DNA of 64,000 nucleotides from Owenia fusiformis. Taxonomy: Eukaryota. The DNA lies in assembly GCA_903813345.2 (NCBI GenBank), contig CAIIXF020000001.1, forward strand, positions 1,302,001 to 1,366,000. The letters run 5' to 3'. The notes under the pieces are model-generated. The model made no database searches. It was not told the origin of the DNA and saw only the letters and a list, made by a program, of their open reading frames with translations. The translations under genes and the position numbers were made by a program. This document shows positions 1 through 13,720 of the stretch, piece by piece. Each line of letters opens with the position of its first letter. Positions within the stretch are counted from its first letter, which is position 1.

Positions 1-684
1 AATAAAATATATTTCACTTTTTGTGATTTTACAACATTGTGTCTATGGGGAATCAAAAGCTTTCATAAAATCTGAATTTTCAAAGTTGATAAACAATTTC
101 GAAACCATGTTTCTAGATGTACTTTTACATGCAGATTTAAAACATGACATCACTTTGATAGAATTCGTGTGCACGAAGCAATTGTAAAGCTAATCTTGTC
201 TTTATTTCGTCGGTTTAGGTCATCATTTTTACTGGAATCACATGTAAAAAGTGTCTCACTTTTTTTGGACACCCGATATATGTGTGCTACTAAATGATTA
301 TACGGTAGCCATACGAACCAGTGCGTGTTATAAGGTACTTCCTAAAACTTCAGTGAAGCTTTAAAAAACACTATTGACGCTTAGTCTAACACCATGCAGA
401 CAACACCAGGATATATCTTACTTAATTAATTGGCCAAATTGAGACTATCTGCAACATATTTATGTTGTCCAACATAGGGATGAAGGCAATCAGCCAAATG
501 TCTACGTACAATTAAATATCAAACGACATAAAGTTCATAGTTTGGACAGATAACACAAACAGTCTTCGTAAACACCCCGGATTGAGGATATTGACACGTA
601 CAATTACAATAAATACTGTTATCTTAATTATTTTAATAGTTATTAGGTTTATACATGTAAAAGGAAAACAAGGATATTAGAAAA

Positions 685-1100
685 ATGAAATGTAAGTTGA
701 ATTACATGAACGTGGCCAGATTGATATGGACTGGACTAGAAATAGGATTGTTTTGTGGTATTTCATTTGGATGGTCTTCTTGGATCCATGTTTTTAAAGA
801 CGATGGGATATTCGCCGACATCTGCTTAACGAAGTACATGAAAACAAGAAGCAATGCTACATATGATGGAGCCCCGTTAACAGACGCACGCACTGATGTA
901 ACTACACTGTTTGATGATGACGTGTCATCTAGAGTCAATGCAAGCGATTTGGAAAATAACGCAGCCATTGAATGCAGAGAAAGGAACGACATGTTTAGTT
1001 TGGTATTTACGACAATGAATGTGCTCACCGGTATTCTCTCCATTATTAATGGCTACATATACGATAGGTTTGGTACGCTGGTGTGTCGTCTCTTGTCTCT
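685..1100 (+). CDS. SLC43A3: SLC43A3-like transporter, coding exon 1
   Basis: ORF 685: TGLEIGLFCGISFGWSSWIHVFKDDGIFADIC ... FSLVFT ... NGYIYDRFGTLVCRL matches the SLC43 N-terminal motifs (LExxxFxGxxFGW; GxxxDRFG). Donor CT|GTAAGT at 1101, phase 2. Confidence 0.88.
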
Positions 1101-1587
1101 GTAAGTTGCTTATTAATCTGGGGTGTATTTCTTTGCCATTTTTTCTTCTTTTTTTATTTGACTCCACTTTATGCCCAAACATTTTTATTATTTGTCCCAC
1201 CTACCCAAAACATGAGTTACCATAGCAACCATATTTTTCATCAAAATTGAGGAGAGTCAATGAAAGGCATTCTAATTTGACATTGTATTTAACACAACCT
1301 GTGAAAATTTGAATGAAAAGGGCACAAAACTCTTAGTTTGAGAGCAATTTTCGCAAAACTTATTGATCGATCTGGTACAACACGTGATTTTTTCATCGAT
1401 GTTAGCATACTGCTTAATATAACTTTTTTATCTTAATGTAAAATAACAAGCTAGTATATTATTTAACACGAAAGAAATTAGCATAATATTATTCGAAGCG
1501 TGTTTAGAAAATTTTGAAACCGCCATTGAATGAAGTGATTTGTTTTAGCATGCGCCAAATCGCTTCCAAAGTGGCTTAGTTAGTCTA

Positions 1588-4500
1588 AACCGATGTTGAG
1601 GTAGATTACTAAGAAGTGGCCCATAGTCATTAAAGATTGGTTCATTGACTTTTCATTTTCACTTGTCTGCAGTTAATTAGGTGACACGAAAGGGCCAAAC
1701 GGCTTGCTCCAAGGTGCAACCGTCAAAAATATGAGTTTGAAAAAAATCATGTTTTTCAAATAATAGCAGTGAGTATAAGAAATAGGAGGCATATTTGATA
1801 TTGATATGTATGATAGTCTATTTGGGTGTGGTCATTTTTATTAAAAATAATAATGGTGAAGAATTATACATTACTGACCTTGAAATGCCATTTTAATTCA
1901 AAAATCACTGTTGCTAATGATAATATTCCTATTTTACTTAATTAATGTTTTCTAGATGTTTCAATTACCATTATGTTAGTTTTTGGCAAAGTAAATAATT
2001 GTAGGGGTCACACAAGGATCAACTTTATTTACAACTTTTTCATATTTAGTGATGATTTCAAAAAATACCAAGTTTAAGACAATTTTGTTTGTTAAATATT
2101 AAATAAAATGATGGTATTGTGTTTGTTTCATTGTTTCAACTAAAAATCGCAGTTCATTGCTCTTGCTCTTAGAGTTGCAGGGCATATACCAGTTCAAAAA
2201 GTCTTCAATAAAGTTGATCCTTGTGTGAGCCCTATGATTATTTACTTTGCCTAAATTGAATATACCGATTATTCAGATATTATATAAAAATCCTTTAATA
2301 GGTTAAATAGGAATACAATGATTGACTTTTGAATAAAAAGGCATTATACATGTACATCCCTATGTAGTTGTTGCAGTAAAATTACCACACCAAAGTGGAC
2401 TATCTCTCAATATTAATATCAAATGGGCCTTCTATTTGCATTTTACTGAAATTATTTGTAACAAAAGTTTATCGTGATAAAGCAGGCAGTGATTTTGATA
2501 CTTTTTTAGCTTGCAGACAGTGATCTAGTCGAGACAACATCTTGTAGTAATGGGTGTAACAGTGATGAGGCAGGAATTGATTTTATAAATGCAACTTTTG
2601 ACAATTCCATTATTGATGGTTTATCTAACAGTTAGCCATTTTGTCCAACATTCTGCTCGGACGCCAAATTAAAAGATACTGATTTGCATCACATCAAGTT
2701 TGATTTGGTCACCGATGTTTGTCAGAGTGATACCTGTAGCAGCTGCACTCGACTGATATGCAGCAAGATATACGTGAGCTTTCATTGCAACATTTGCATT
2801 TAGAACAGTTACAATTTTACTTAGTCTGATAGATAATTAAATAATTGAAGTATATTTCTTTGAGTTTATTCAATTTGAACATTACTTTTACAATACAGAT
2901 ACCTTCGTTTTGAAACATTAGCAGCAAACGGTCAGTTTTCAACTTTGAATGTTTCATTTTTGTTCATAAAAAGTGTATTCTACAAAAGTCAAGGTCATTT
3001 CAAGGTAAAATGTCAATATTTAGGTAGTTGGCTTTTTAAGACACCTGACCCTCCACAACCAATGATTAGGTGACCTGAAGTCAAGGTCTGAATAGATCAA
3101 GGTAATTTTAAGGTCAATATCTAGCAAGTTGACATGAGAACAATTGTGACCTTTGGCGACCAATGATAAGGTGATTTCAAGGTAATTTCAAGGTCAAGGG
3201 TCAGTATCTAGGTCATAGGTAGTTGGCTACTGTGGGTCTTCAGTAACATTTGATCACCAAAGATAAAGTGACCTACGGTCAATGTAACTGTTTATGGCTC
3301 AAGGTCATCTCAAGGTCAGAGGTCAATATCTGAATATTTGGCATTTTGGGGATGCTGCCTCATGTGAGGACCCATTGATATGTGTTCTGAGGTCAAGGTC
3401 ATTCATACAAGGTCAAAATCTCTGTATTTGGCGTTTTGAGGCCATGGGGGCTGCTATGACCCTTGGCAACTCATGCTAAGGTATATATTGTTCAAAATTA
3501 TAATAAGGTCAAAGGTCAATATCTAGGTAGTTGGCTCATTTGAGGCTACACCGACATTTGATCACCAATGACACAGTGACCTGAGATCAGTGTCATTGTT
3601 ATAGGTCAGGGTCAAAGATCAACATCTAAATATTTGGCGTTTTGGGGCGGCTGCTGCACTTGATTCCATTGAAACGTGACCTAGGGTCAAGGTCAATCTA
3701 AGGTCAAATTTCAACATCCTAGTGTTTGGCGTTTTAAGGCCACAGTGGCTGCTGTCGTGATGATAAGGTGACATGAGGCAGTCATCATTTAATGGTTCAA
3801 TTCAAGATCGTCTCAAGAAGGTCAATATCTAGGTATTGGTGTTTCAAGGCACTCGTGGGAAGCTGTGACGCTTGGTGACACATTACAATGGTGACACATT
3901 TCAATTGACATTTCAAAAGTAATAGTCGATCATTTCTGTTTTATCATGTCAATTTTAATAAAATTTGCCAATTTAAAGTAAAATTATAACAGAAGAGAGG
4001 TTATCCAAATATGAGGTCATATTAATGACTGCACTCAGTAATGTTCAGTCAAGCTGACGAAGTTTTTCATTAAATAGTTACTTTCTGTTGTAGTTCTAAA
4101 TTGAATAAGTATAAGCAGGTGCGTTTTCAAAAATGCAAATTTAAAGCAAATTTCACAAAATTTAGTTATTGATATGTAGAGATAGTCCATTAGGGTATGG
4201 TTACTCTCTTCAAAACAATTATGGTACAAATTTGGTACTTCTGACTATATAATGCTTTTTTATTCAAATTTCAATTATATTATTCTTATTTTGACTATCA
4301 AATGATTTTCGTATATCCGAATAACCATTATATTAGTTTTTGGCAAAGTAAATAATAGTAGGGTTCACACAAGGATCAACTGTATCGAAGATTGGTCATA
4401 CTGGTATATGCCCAGTCGCTCTAAGATCAAGAGCAATGAATTGTGATTTTTCAGTTGAAACAGGGAAGCAAACACATTATCATTATTTTGTTTAACATTT

Positions 4501-5007
4501 AACAAATAATTTTTTGTTAAACGTAGTAATTTTTCAAAACATCACTAAATATGAAAAAGGTGTAAATAAAGTGGATCCTTGTGTGAGCCCCATTATTATT
4601 TACTTTGACAAAAATGAATATAATGGTAAGTGTAATATATAGAAAACATTGAATAGGTAAAATAGGAATATAATTAATAACAACCGTGACTTTTGCATTA
4701 AAATGGCATTTTAAGGTCAGAAATGTATAATTCTTCAATATTATTGTTTTTAATAAAAATGACCACGCCCAAATGGACTATCATACATATCAATATCAAA
4801 TCTGCCTCCTATTTCATATACTCGCTGCTATTATTTGAAAAAAAAAGATTTTTGTCAAACTCATCTTTTTGCCGGTTGCACCTTGGGGCAAGCCGTTTAG
4901 CCCTTTCGTGTCACTTTTTTGAGTGCAGACAAGTAAAAATGAATAGTCAATGAACCAATCTATAATGACTATGGGTCGAATCATAGTAACCTACCTCAAC
5001 ATCAGTT
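1588..5007. mobile_element. Large foldback-type non-autonomous element with ~650-bp imperfect terminal inverted repeats
   Basis: 1592 gatgttgaggtagattact...gtgacacgaaagggccaaacggcttgctccaaggtgcaacc is the reverse complement of ~4870-5003, and similarity continues to ~2230 versus ~4340. No clear TSD. Confidence 0.75.
2985..3890. repeat. Degenerate AGGTCA-rich internally repeated block (period roughly 300 bp)
   Basis: Recurrent aaggtcaatatctaggtagttggct, atttggcgttttgaggcc and catttgatcaccaa. Related tgaccttgacc-rich text occurs at 10200-10560 and 12735-12805. Confidence 0.6.
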
Positions 5008-5067
5008 AATGGGATTTTCTGGAGTTTTGGCGCACACTTATTTGTCGATTTGACCCAATCAGCGACG

Positions 5068-5885
5068 ATATATCGGGTGTCCCAAAAACGAATCGCTTTT
5101 TGATAAGTATTTTCTCGTCAATTGATGGACCAAATTCAATGAGAATTTGTTCAAAGAAGACCAAGAGTATCATTAGCAAGTTACAAAAATATGAAAATAA
5201 AGATCAAGTAAATATATATTATGTGAGAACTAAGAAATTCAAGATAGCACGTCAAAAGATCCCAGAGATCAACGCAATACGAACTTCATAGCATTTGTAC
5301 CAAAAAATGGGAAGCAATTTGACAAAGAATTTATCAGTGATAAATAACCATACCTCTTTGAAAACTTTACTTCAAACCATTTATGGTATCTTCAGCTAGT
5401 GTCATGAATATGTAAGAGCTTGGTTACATATTATGTGAGTCTTGATGAATCAAAGACAAGATGTCAAAATAACCGATATCAATGTAAAAGTCTCTTATTA
5501 ATCCATTCCCAAGCAGAAATACGTTTCCGTATTTATTCTAACAATATCACCTCCAATGAATTTTCGAGAATGAATAGATTTGGGAGATTTGGGATCAATG
5601 GAATTAGACATGACAGACAAGCTACTTTAACTAATGCCATAACCCAAACGCTGGCACAGTCACTGTTTGAAGGTCTCATCGCAGAGCTCTATTTTGAATT
5701 TCTTAGTACTCGCATTCCATTAATTTGAATGATCTTTTTATATTTTTATAACTTGCTAATGATCGATACTACTATAGACTACTACTTTGTACAAATTTTC
5801 AGTGAATTTGTTTTATCAATTGCCGAGAAAATACTTGTCAATACTTGTACAAAAGAGCAATTTTACTGTTTGGTGTATCTATCTA
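5068..5885. mobile_element. Degenerate TA-type (Tc1/mariner-like) MITE
   Basis: Left end tatatcgggtgtcccaaaaa (its reverse complement also ends at ~279). 5100-5200 is an imperfect inverted repeat of 5735-5845. Confidence 0.5.
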
Positions 5886-6427
5886 AAATATTAATTAATT
5901 AGTTTGAATCATTACTATTTTCAGTGAATGCCTGTTGAACTTTCAATGATGTACATGTGTATCTAGTATTAAATGTTCGTATAGTCTGCTTCAAGGTTTA
6001 TTTTGAATAACAAATTGACATGAGTTGGTTCACATAAGACGACTTGTCTGACTGCTCATATAAATCAACAAAATGTACCACAGAAAACAAGCACGACCTT
6101 TGCCTTTACGAAAGATTTGAACTTGTTTAAAGATATCATACAGTAACTTCTTCCAAAAACAGGGTTTAAGTTGACAGGTTAAACATAACATTTTATAATC
6201 TAGGTATTTTAGTGCTTTCCTACCTTTAAAGGGATATTAACCTCAAGAATAATAAGTTCATTATCAAAAACATAAACTGGGTTTGAACGACGATCATCAA
6301 ATGCATTGGGAGATATGATAGAATCAATTTTGATGGATCTTCATGTGATTTATGGAAGTCGCCATAACCTAGACTTAACTAGCTTTGAATATTCATAAGT
6401 CGCGTCACATCGCCTCAACAAATTTAA

Positions 6428-6889
6428 GGTATGAGTACCGTAATCCAACACCAAATTCGAAAATTCATATCAATACTTTGCACATATGGCGTTCGTGATC
6501 AACTTTAAAAAGCTTACCCCCCATAGTGTTATATATCAAAATGTACCTGTTCATATAGGGGTTCGATTGATCTACATCAAATTATAGGGAGTCAGGTTAC
6601 TTTTTGAGATATCAGCGTCCATTTATTGTTACTCGCGTTTGCCACCATTTCCTCAATTCTGAGATGATGGGCAAACGCGTAGTAAACATGCTCACCTCGG
6701 AACTATTTTTGACATACATCGCTATTTTCGTAATTCAAATGAAAGTTGAACCCCTCCTCTTTAATTTGATACCAAATAGTGGCATACTAGGTACCCTAGA
6801 AGCCAACTATGGTGATATTTAGAACAATACGACTAAATGGACTATATAGGGGTCATACCTTTTGGCGGATGGATATGGAATCTCATACC
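6428..6889 (+). mobile_element. ~465-bp TTAA-associated non-autonomous element (Kolobok/piggyBac-type target), copy 1
   Basis: TTAA|GGTATGAG ... CTCATACC termini; the same pseudo-ORF text (MRYQRPFIVTRV...) occurs in three copies. Confidence 0.8.
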
Positions 6890-6891
6890 TA

Positions 6892-8212
6892 GGTATGAGG
6901 TTCCATATCCATCCGCCAAAAGGTATGACCCCTATATAGTCCATTTAAAAACTCGTGGTATTGTTCTAAATAATGGTTATTTGCTTGCAAATTGACTTTA
7001 ATGAAATGTAATGTTTGAGATAGATGTCGCATCATACATATTGCTAGTTTTTGAAATAGCCGTCAGAGGCGGGGCATAGTGAACAAAATTTTTATGGTAT
7101 GACTCGAGTAAGTACTCGGGCCATTCGTTTAGAATTGGCGGAGCAACTTCAGGTGGCAACGTTGGTCTGAAAGACTGGGAGATAAAAGCCATGGGGAGGT
7201 GGTCTAGCCAATGTTATCAACGTTATGTGCGTACGTCAGTCGACTACTTGAGCAAGTCATCAGCTAAATTAACTGAATGTTGATATTAAAGGGTATAATA
7301 TTATTGATATGTGATAACTCTGAAATGATATGTTATGGATGTAAGTAATTGTTGGGCGATCTTTGGGCGGTTTTTATAAAAGTGTTTATGTTCTTGTTAT
7401 TTTACGTTTACTTAGTATAATAAAGCATCCGCTCATTTTAAGCCCAACACATTTCTTACTGTTTCAATATTTGTTATTATTTTGATATGCAATAACATTA
7501 ATGGTTATTTGCTTGCAAATTGACTTTAATGAAATGTAATGTTTGAGATAGATGTCGCATCATACATATTGCTAGTTTTTGAAATAGCCGTCAGAGGCGG
7601 GGCATAGTGAACAAAATTTTTCCACGCCCACCCACCCTGTACATGTACTTCATTAATTCATTCGACATATATTGTACAAACGTTTAAAGGGCGGTTTTTA
7701 TAAAAGTGTTTATGTTCTTGTTATTTTACGTTTACTTAGTATAATAAAGCATCCGCTCATTTTAAGCCCAACACATTTCTTACTGTTTCAATATTTGTTA
7801 TTATTTTGATATGCAATAACATTAACGCCATAGTTGGCTTCTAGGGTACCTAGTATGCCACTATTTGGTATCAAAATAAAGAGGAGGAGTTCAAATTTCA
7901 TTTGAATTACGAAAATAGCGATGTAGGTCATAAATAGTTCCGACGTGAGCATGTTTACTACGCGTTTGCCCATCATATCAGAATTGAGGGAGTGGTAGCA
8001 AACGCGAGTCACAATAAATGGACGCTGATATCTCAAAAAGTAACCTGACTCCCTATAATTTGATGTAGATCAATCGAACCCCTATATGAACAGGTACATT
8101 TTGATATATAACACTATGGGGGGTAAGCGTTTTATAGTTGGTCACGAACGCCATATGTGCAAAGTATTGTTATGAATTTTCGAATTTGGTGTTGGATTAC
8201 GGTACTCATACC
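6892..8212 (-). mobile_element. Same element, copy 2 (inverted), interrupted by a ~850-bp insertion
   Basis: 6892-6973 plus 7826-8212 match copy 3; ends CTCATACC|TTAA. Confidence 0.8.
6974..7821. mobile_element. Two tandem MITEs (6974-7497 and 7502-7821) separated by TTAA
   Basis: Both start tggttatttgcttgcaaattgac and end gcaataaca|TTAA. They share ~120-bp left and ~135-bp right arms but have different middles. Confidence 0.75.
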
Positions 8213-9003
8213 TTAATATGAGGCCTAAAATTGTCTTCTAGTTGACCAGAGACCAATATTCTAGCAGAATTTGAGAACAGAATCGATTTTTTCGTTCTGC
8301 GTAGGACAAACAATGATTTGAAATCACTTTCAACCATTCTGTGAGTATAAGAATGGTCATAAGAAGCCCGTGGAGGGTCATGCATGAAAGAAAGCCCTCT
8401 GAAATTCCGTCAAAATTGCAGGTTATTTCTTCATTTTTTGCTAAAATTACATGATTTTCAGGGCCTATATCTCAGTGAAATTGCTACAATGTAGCGATTT
8501 TTCATTTTTACAGGCTAGATACACGTGTCAGGTCGACAGAAACAGTAAGCATGGGTGATTTTTAAATTGCTACATTGTAGCAATATTTATTTCAAAATAC
8601 AGGTATGAGGGAAACTGCAATTTAGTTAGATTTGGGCGAAAATGGCCAAATTTCAGTCAAAATCCTCGGGACACAGGGCCTTTGTCTTAGATTTAGTCAA
8701 TGATGCAACTCTTAGTAGAAGGTGTGCCATATAGGGAATGAAAGCTGTTTGTCAGACGTATCATTTTCTTCAATAAACTCAGAGATAGTCAGGTTAGATT
8801 TGTGACGTCACAGTGGCAAAGTTAGACTAGCAAATTTAGACATATTTGGGGTAGGGCAAATTAACCCTTTCTAGCCTAAATGGATAAATTTTTCACATAT
8901 TCAGCCAGTTCCGACGTTTTTATGCATTTTTGAACTAGAAATGATATTTTCTGCCAAAAAAAGTTGCAGAGACAAAAATCAGTGTGATGTCATAAAACAT
9001 TAA

Positions 9004-9472
9004 GGTATGAGGTTCCATATCCATCCGCCAAAAGGTATGACCCCTATATAGTCCATTTAAAAACTCGTGGTATTGTTCTAAATAACGCCATAGTTGGCTT
9101 CTAGGGTACCTAGTATGCCACTATTTGGTATCAAAATAAAGAGGAGGAGTTCAAATTTCATTTGAATTACGAAAATAGCGATGTAGGTCATAAATAGTTC
9201 CGACGTGAGCATGTTTACTACGCGTTTGCCCATCATATCAGAATTGAGGGAGTGGTAGCAAACGCGAGTCACAATAAATGGACGCTGATATCTCAAAAAG
9301 TAACCTGACTCCCTATAATTTGATGTAGATCAATCGAACCCCTATATGAACAGGTACATTTTGATATATAACACTATGGGGGGTAAGCGTTTTATAGTTG
9401 GTCACGAACGCCATATGTGCAAAGTATTGTTATGAATTTTCGAATTTGGTGTTGGATTACGGTACTCATACC
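9004..9472 (-). mobile_element. Same ~465-bp element, copy 3, intact with TTAA on both sides
   Basis: TTAA(9000-9003)|GGTATGAG...CTCATACC|TTAA(9473-9476). Confidence 0.88.
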
Positions 9473-9819
9473 TTAAGCAATTTTATTGGCTCGAAGAATG
9501 CGCATGCGCGGTCAAATTGAAGCTACGAATTACAAGTATAAACAGGGATGTAAACTGAAGGCTAGTTTTCATACCATGATTATCACCGCCCCTCTTTAAA
9601 TGTGCAATCGACTCTTCTTCTATGCGCCGGAAAATTCTAAAGTGAATAATATTCCCGTACGCTACGTGTGCGCCAATAATTAATTCGATGAATCCTCGGC
9701 TCCGACTGAGCTGACTTCTTATAGTCTAAATAGTCCGCTCAACCACTCTTACTACGCGCCAGTAAAAATCACCTATTAATCCACCGTTTTTGTTGTTGTT
9801 TTTTTTATTACACTATCTG

Positions 9820-12296
9820 GAGTCTATTGTTTTTGCCAGTATTCTTCTTTATTCTTATTCTTATTAGAACCTTGACATGTTCCTGGGCTACAGGGAAATG
9901 CCTTCATTTTTTTAATTAGCCCCTCCCTAATTAGCCAAGGTCAAATCGCAAATTTTTACATTTTTGCACGTACAAGGAGTAACCATTTTTATTTTTTACC
10001 CAAAATTTGCATATGCCATCCCTCTCAATTGCCATTTCACATATATTCCGGGTTTTAAAATTGGGTGCCCCAAATTTGAAAAATGGGGCACCCCAGTGGG
10101 GCAAAATTTGAAAACTGTGTATCCGATCCCAATTCTGAGCAGATATAAAGAATAGAAGCCCCTGATTCCAAATAAGCTTTCGGTTTTGGAATCCGACCTC
10201 TGAGTGACCTTGAAAAGGTCAACAAGTTCAAAAATCAAAATCGCTCAAATTGATCAAATTGGTACCATTGTATTACACTGTACTCGGATAGAGTAAATTA
10301 GGTCACCATTTTGACCTTGACCTTTGACATTGACCTTCAAATGACCTCAAAGTTGAAAACTAGGATTTTCATTCCAATTCTTTGCAAGTATGAAGTATGG
10401 ATGTCCCTTGACCTCCGGGTGACCTTGAAAAGGTCAAAAAGGTTAAATTGCTAAAATTGCTCAAATTGATTCGAAATTGGTACCATTGTATTACACTGTA
10501 TACATGTACTAAACTAGAGTAAATTAGGTCAACATTTTGACCTTGACCTTTGACCTTCACCGTAAAATGACGTAAAACTTATTTCTTGTTTTACCTGTTC
10601 AAGGAGCCACTGTAGTTATTTTGTGCATGCCTTACTCTTCCCATTTAACATATCTCTAGGGTTTATAATTTGGGTGATTTTCATTCCAATTCTTTGCAAG
10701 TATGAAGTATGGATGTCCCTGATTCTAAATATGCTTTCGGTTTTGGAATTCGACCTCTGCGTGACCTTGAAAAAGGTCAATTGTGCACCGAATTTGCTGC
10801 TGCGGCGAGGAACGGCATTCTACGAAATCGCCCCCGTGGCGATTTTAAATGTCTAGTTTTTATTCTTTTTATTCTTCTACCTACGTTTTCTCAGTAACTA
10901 GAAGACATTGAGTCAAGATCTGTATATGGTCAATTTAGGTCCAGTATCTAGTTTCTCGGAAATTGGGTCAATTTTTTATTTAGGTCAAAGGTCAAGAACT
11001 AGGTCAAATCCAGTACTTTGTCACTTTTTCGATTTTATCGGTCGTCCTTCAATATTTTTGATTCATGTTTTTTTCATCCTTTTCCTTATAAAAAAGTAGA
11101 AAATCTAGGGTCGATTTAGTTTTTTGGTATCTCAAACCGATTTCGAGATATCAGTGTCCGAAAACGAGGTCCAAAAAAAAGTTCTCCGAATCCAATGTCT
11201 AGGATATCAGTCTTATAGGAAATTTTCTCAGGATTCCGAATCTGAAAACCAAATTTCGATCTGACTTCCGGTTCAAAAGTTATGGCGTTTTGAAAATTCA
11301 AAAATCGCTAAATTTGGTGTCCCATGTTAATTCAATGGGAAAAAATATTTTTTTGAAGTGTAAAATACGAGAGATAGACTAAGCACAGCTAAACATAATG
11401 GGAGCCCATATAAGAAAGGGACCTCAAAACCTTCTTTTCATAAAAATTTGGACACCAAAATGCCTAGGTAAAAATCTAGGTCAAATTCAAAGTTTTTCCT
11501 TATTTTTGCGATTCTGACATTAAAGATTAATTATATTCTTCGAAATTGTGTATACATGTAGCCAAGAGTGTGCTAATAGTGTTAGCCTTTTGCCGTCAGA
11601 AAGTATTTTCACCCACTTTTGAGATATGGTGTCCGAAAAGTAGGTCAAAATAAAAAATTCTCCAAATTTAACGTTTCAGTTATGAATTACGAAAAGAATT
11701 TTCTCAGAAATCCGAATCTGCAAACCAAATTTCGATCCGATTTCCGGTTCCGAAGTTATGGCGTGTCCAAAAAGTAGGTCAGAATAAAAATTCGCCAAAT
11801 TTAACGTATGGGTTATGAATTAGGGGTAGAATTTTGTCAGGAATCCGAATCTTTAAATCAAATTTAGATCCGACTTCCGGTTTGGAAGTTATGGCATTTT
11901 GAAATTTCGGAAAATCGATCTGATGGTATCCTGATAGAAAGTCAAGAGTAGAGAAGAAAAAATTGAAAAATTCATCCATCCTTCCTATCTGATCCTATCC
12001 TATCCTTCCCATCTATCCTTCCTTCGTATCCTTTCCTTCCTATCCTTCCTATCCTCTCCTATCATATCCTTTCTTCCTATTCTGTTCTATCCTATCCTTC
12101 TTTCTTATTCTATCCTATCGTTCCTTCCCATTCTATCCTATCATACCTTCCTATTTTATCCATCCATCTTATTCTGGATGACTCAGCTTATTCTGGATGA
12201 CTCGGCTTATTTTAGATGACTGGGCTTAAAAAAGTCTAGATCTGGAGTCTGAAATTGAACTTCGTTCAATTTCCAAAGTCTAGTTATTATTATTAT
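9820..12296. repeat. Interspersed repeats embedded in (TTATTC/TTA)n microsatellite-like tracts, with internal subrepeats
   Basis: Junctions attcttcttattcttatt (9841), tctagtttttattctttt (10852) and aaagtctagttattattatt (12276); duplicated blocks at 10368/10679 and 11140/11620/11770. Confidence 0.5.
11975..12228 (+). repeat. Pyrimidine-rich (TATCC/TTCC) low-complexity tract followed by three copies of a ~19-bp repeat
   Basis: Visible tcctatcc repeats, then cttattctggatgactc x3. Confidence 0.8.
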
Positions 12297-13052
12297 ATCT
12301 TGGTTACCGCCATATTTGGCGAGCAATACCTCATTGGTATATTCCGTATCTTACGTATTTTACACTCGAAGATGAGATATTTAAGTAAAATCTACTGGAA
12401 TCGATAAATTGAAGTAGGAAGAATGAATTTCCTCAGGATTTATCACTTAACTGGTGGTAAAACTGTAAGAAAACGGCCTAAAATAAAAGTAGAAATAGTT
12501 CGGCAGAAAGTGAAGACCGGAAAAAAAGTAAAAACAATATACTAAACAATACAATTAGACAAACAGAATATCTTATGTATTTCTAGGGGTTAGATATAGT
12601 AGAGTGTGTATAGAACTAAGGCAGCTTCCAGATAATTCCAGACAGGAACTATTTCTAGAACTCCATCTTGATTGGACATCTCTAATGACATGATTTAATC
12701 TGAGCAAATGTTTACTAGTTTCAAAATGTTCTAGAAGGTCAAGGGTTAATGAGTTGTTCATTTCAGTTTTATTTACAAGATACAATGTCATTGTGACCTT
12801 GACCTAAGATCTCAATATAGATCAGTTACAGTATATATAAACTAAACGTCGTGTGAATATATGATTAATAGACTCATGGGCTTTCAACTAGATGAAAGCC
12901 CATGATAGACTATAGTACTGTAACATTAGATGATCTTTATTCTAATCTGAATGGGAATTGAATTAATTAAAACAACTAGATTGAATAAACTCTTAAACGA
13001 ATATAACCTGAGAACGAAAAAAATATAATACACATTTATTCACACTTTATAG

Positions 13053-13099
13053 GTCGATGTATGGCTGTGCTCTGCTAACAATTGCCTTCTCTAACCAAG
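13053..13099 (+). CDS. SLC43A3: SLC43A3-like exon 2 (47 nt)
   Basis: Acceptor cactttatAG, reads (L)SMYGCALLTIAFSNQ, donor G|GTTAGT. Phase 2 in and phase 1 out bridge exons 1 and 3 in frame. Confidence 0.75.
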
Positions 13100-13471
13100 G
13101 TTAGTATTATTTTAACTGATACCGTTTTGAATGACACCGTTTTATTCAGTCCCACATTGTATAACCTCATATCTTTTACTACTTTTTTCAACAACACAAC
13201 TGTATTTAGTACCAATTTCACGATATTGTACCACCGTTTTAGTACAAGTCTATAGAGCATCATTTTATTTAGTACCAAGTTGTTCAGCACCAACAAGCAA
13301 AGCAGTATTTGTCTGTTACAATCAGAAATGCAACTCTTATTACGCGTTCATATTTGAAGGCTCACTCGTTTGATATTCTGTGCAGTTCCTTCCTTTTTTG
13401 AACTGTCTTAAGTTTTTCTCCGTGTTTACTATGTTTTTCTTTCGTGTATTTATTGTTAACTTACTTTACAG

Positions 13472-13647
13472 ATGTTTGGACCAATTATTTACTATTCCCG
13501 GCTTTCTTCTTTCTCCAATACGGTGGACTCTTTTTGTTTGTCACGAGTTTGCAGACTTCAGGCTTGTTCCCAGGAAGTAGATCAACCATACTAGCTGCAT
13601 ACAATGGTCTGTATGATGCAAGCGCTTCTATTGCCATAGTATTTAAG
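13472..13647 (+). CDS. SLC43A3: SLC43A3-like exon 3
   Basis: Acceptor ttactttacAG; DVWTNYLLFPAFFFLQYGGLFLFVTSLQTSGLFPGSRSTILAAYNGLYDASASIAIVFK contains the SLC43 signature LFxxxRSTIxxxYNGxxDxS. Donor AAG|GTGGGT. Confidence 0.9.
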
Positions 13648-13720
13648 GTGGGTATTAAAGCATAACATCGGATCCTTCCCCAATTCTCATGTTTTACCAT
13701 CTCCTCACAATCCCCCACCC

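Noticed and set aside
702-1043. Antisense ORFs over exons (also 15965-16222, 39572-39889, 40464-40685)
   Set aside because: These are shadow ORFs opposite well-supported coding exons.
2985-3890. Cluster of nuclear-receptor AGGTCA half-sites as an enhancer
   Set aside because: The same motif-rich text recurs in other repeats in the window (10.2-10.8 kb, 12.7 kb), so it is better explained as interspersed-repeat sequence.
6604-9296. Triplicated ORF MRYQRPFIVTRV as a small gene family
   Set aside because: It starts at TTG, lies inside a 465-bp TIR element, and has no domain similarity I recognise.
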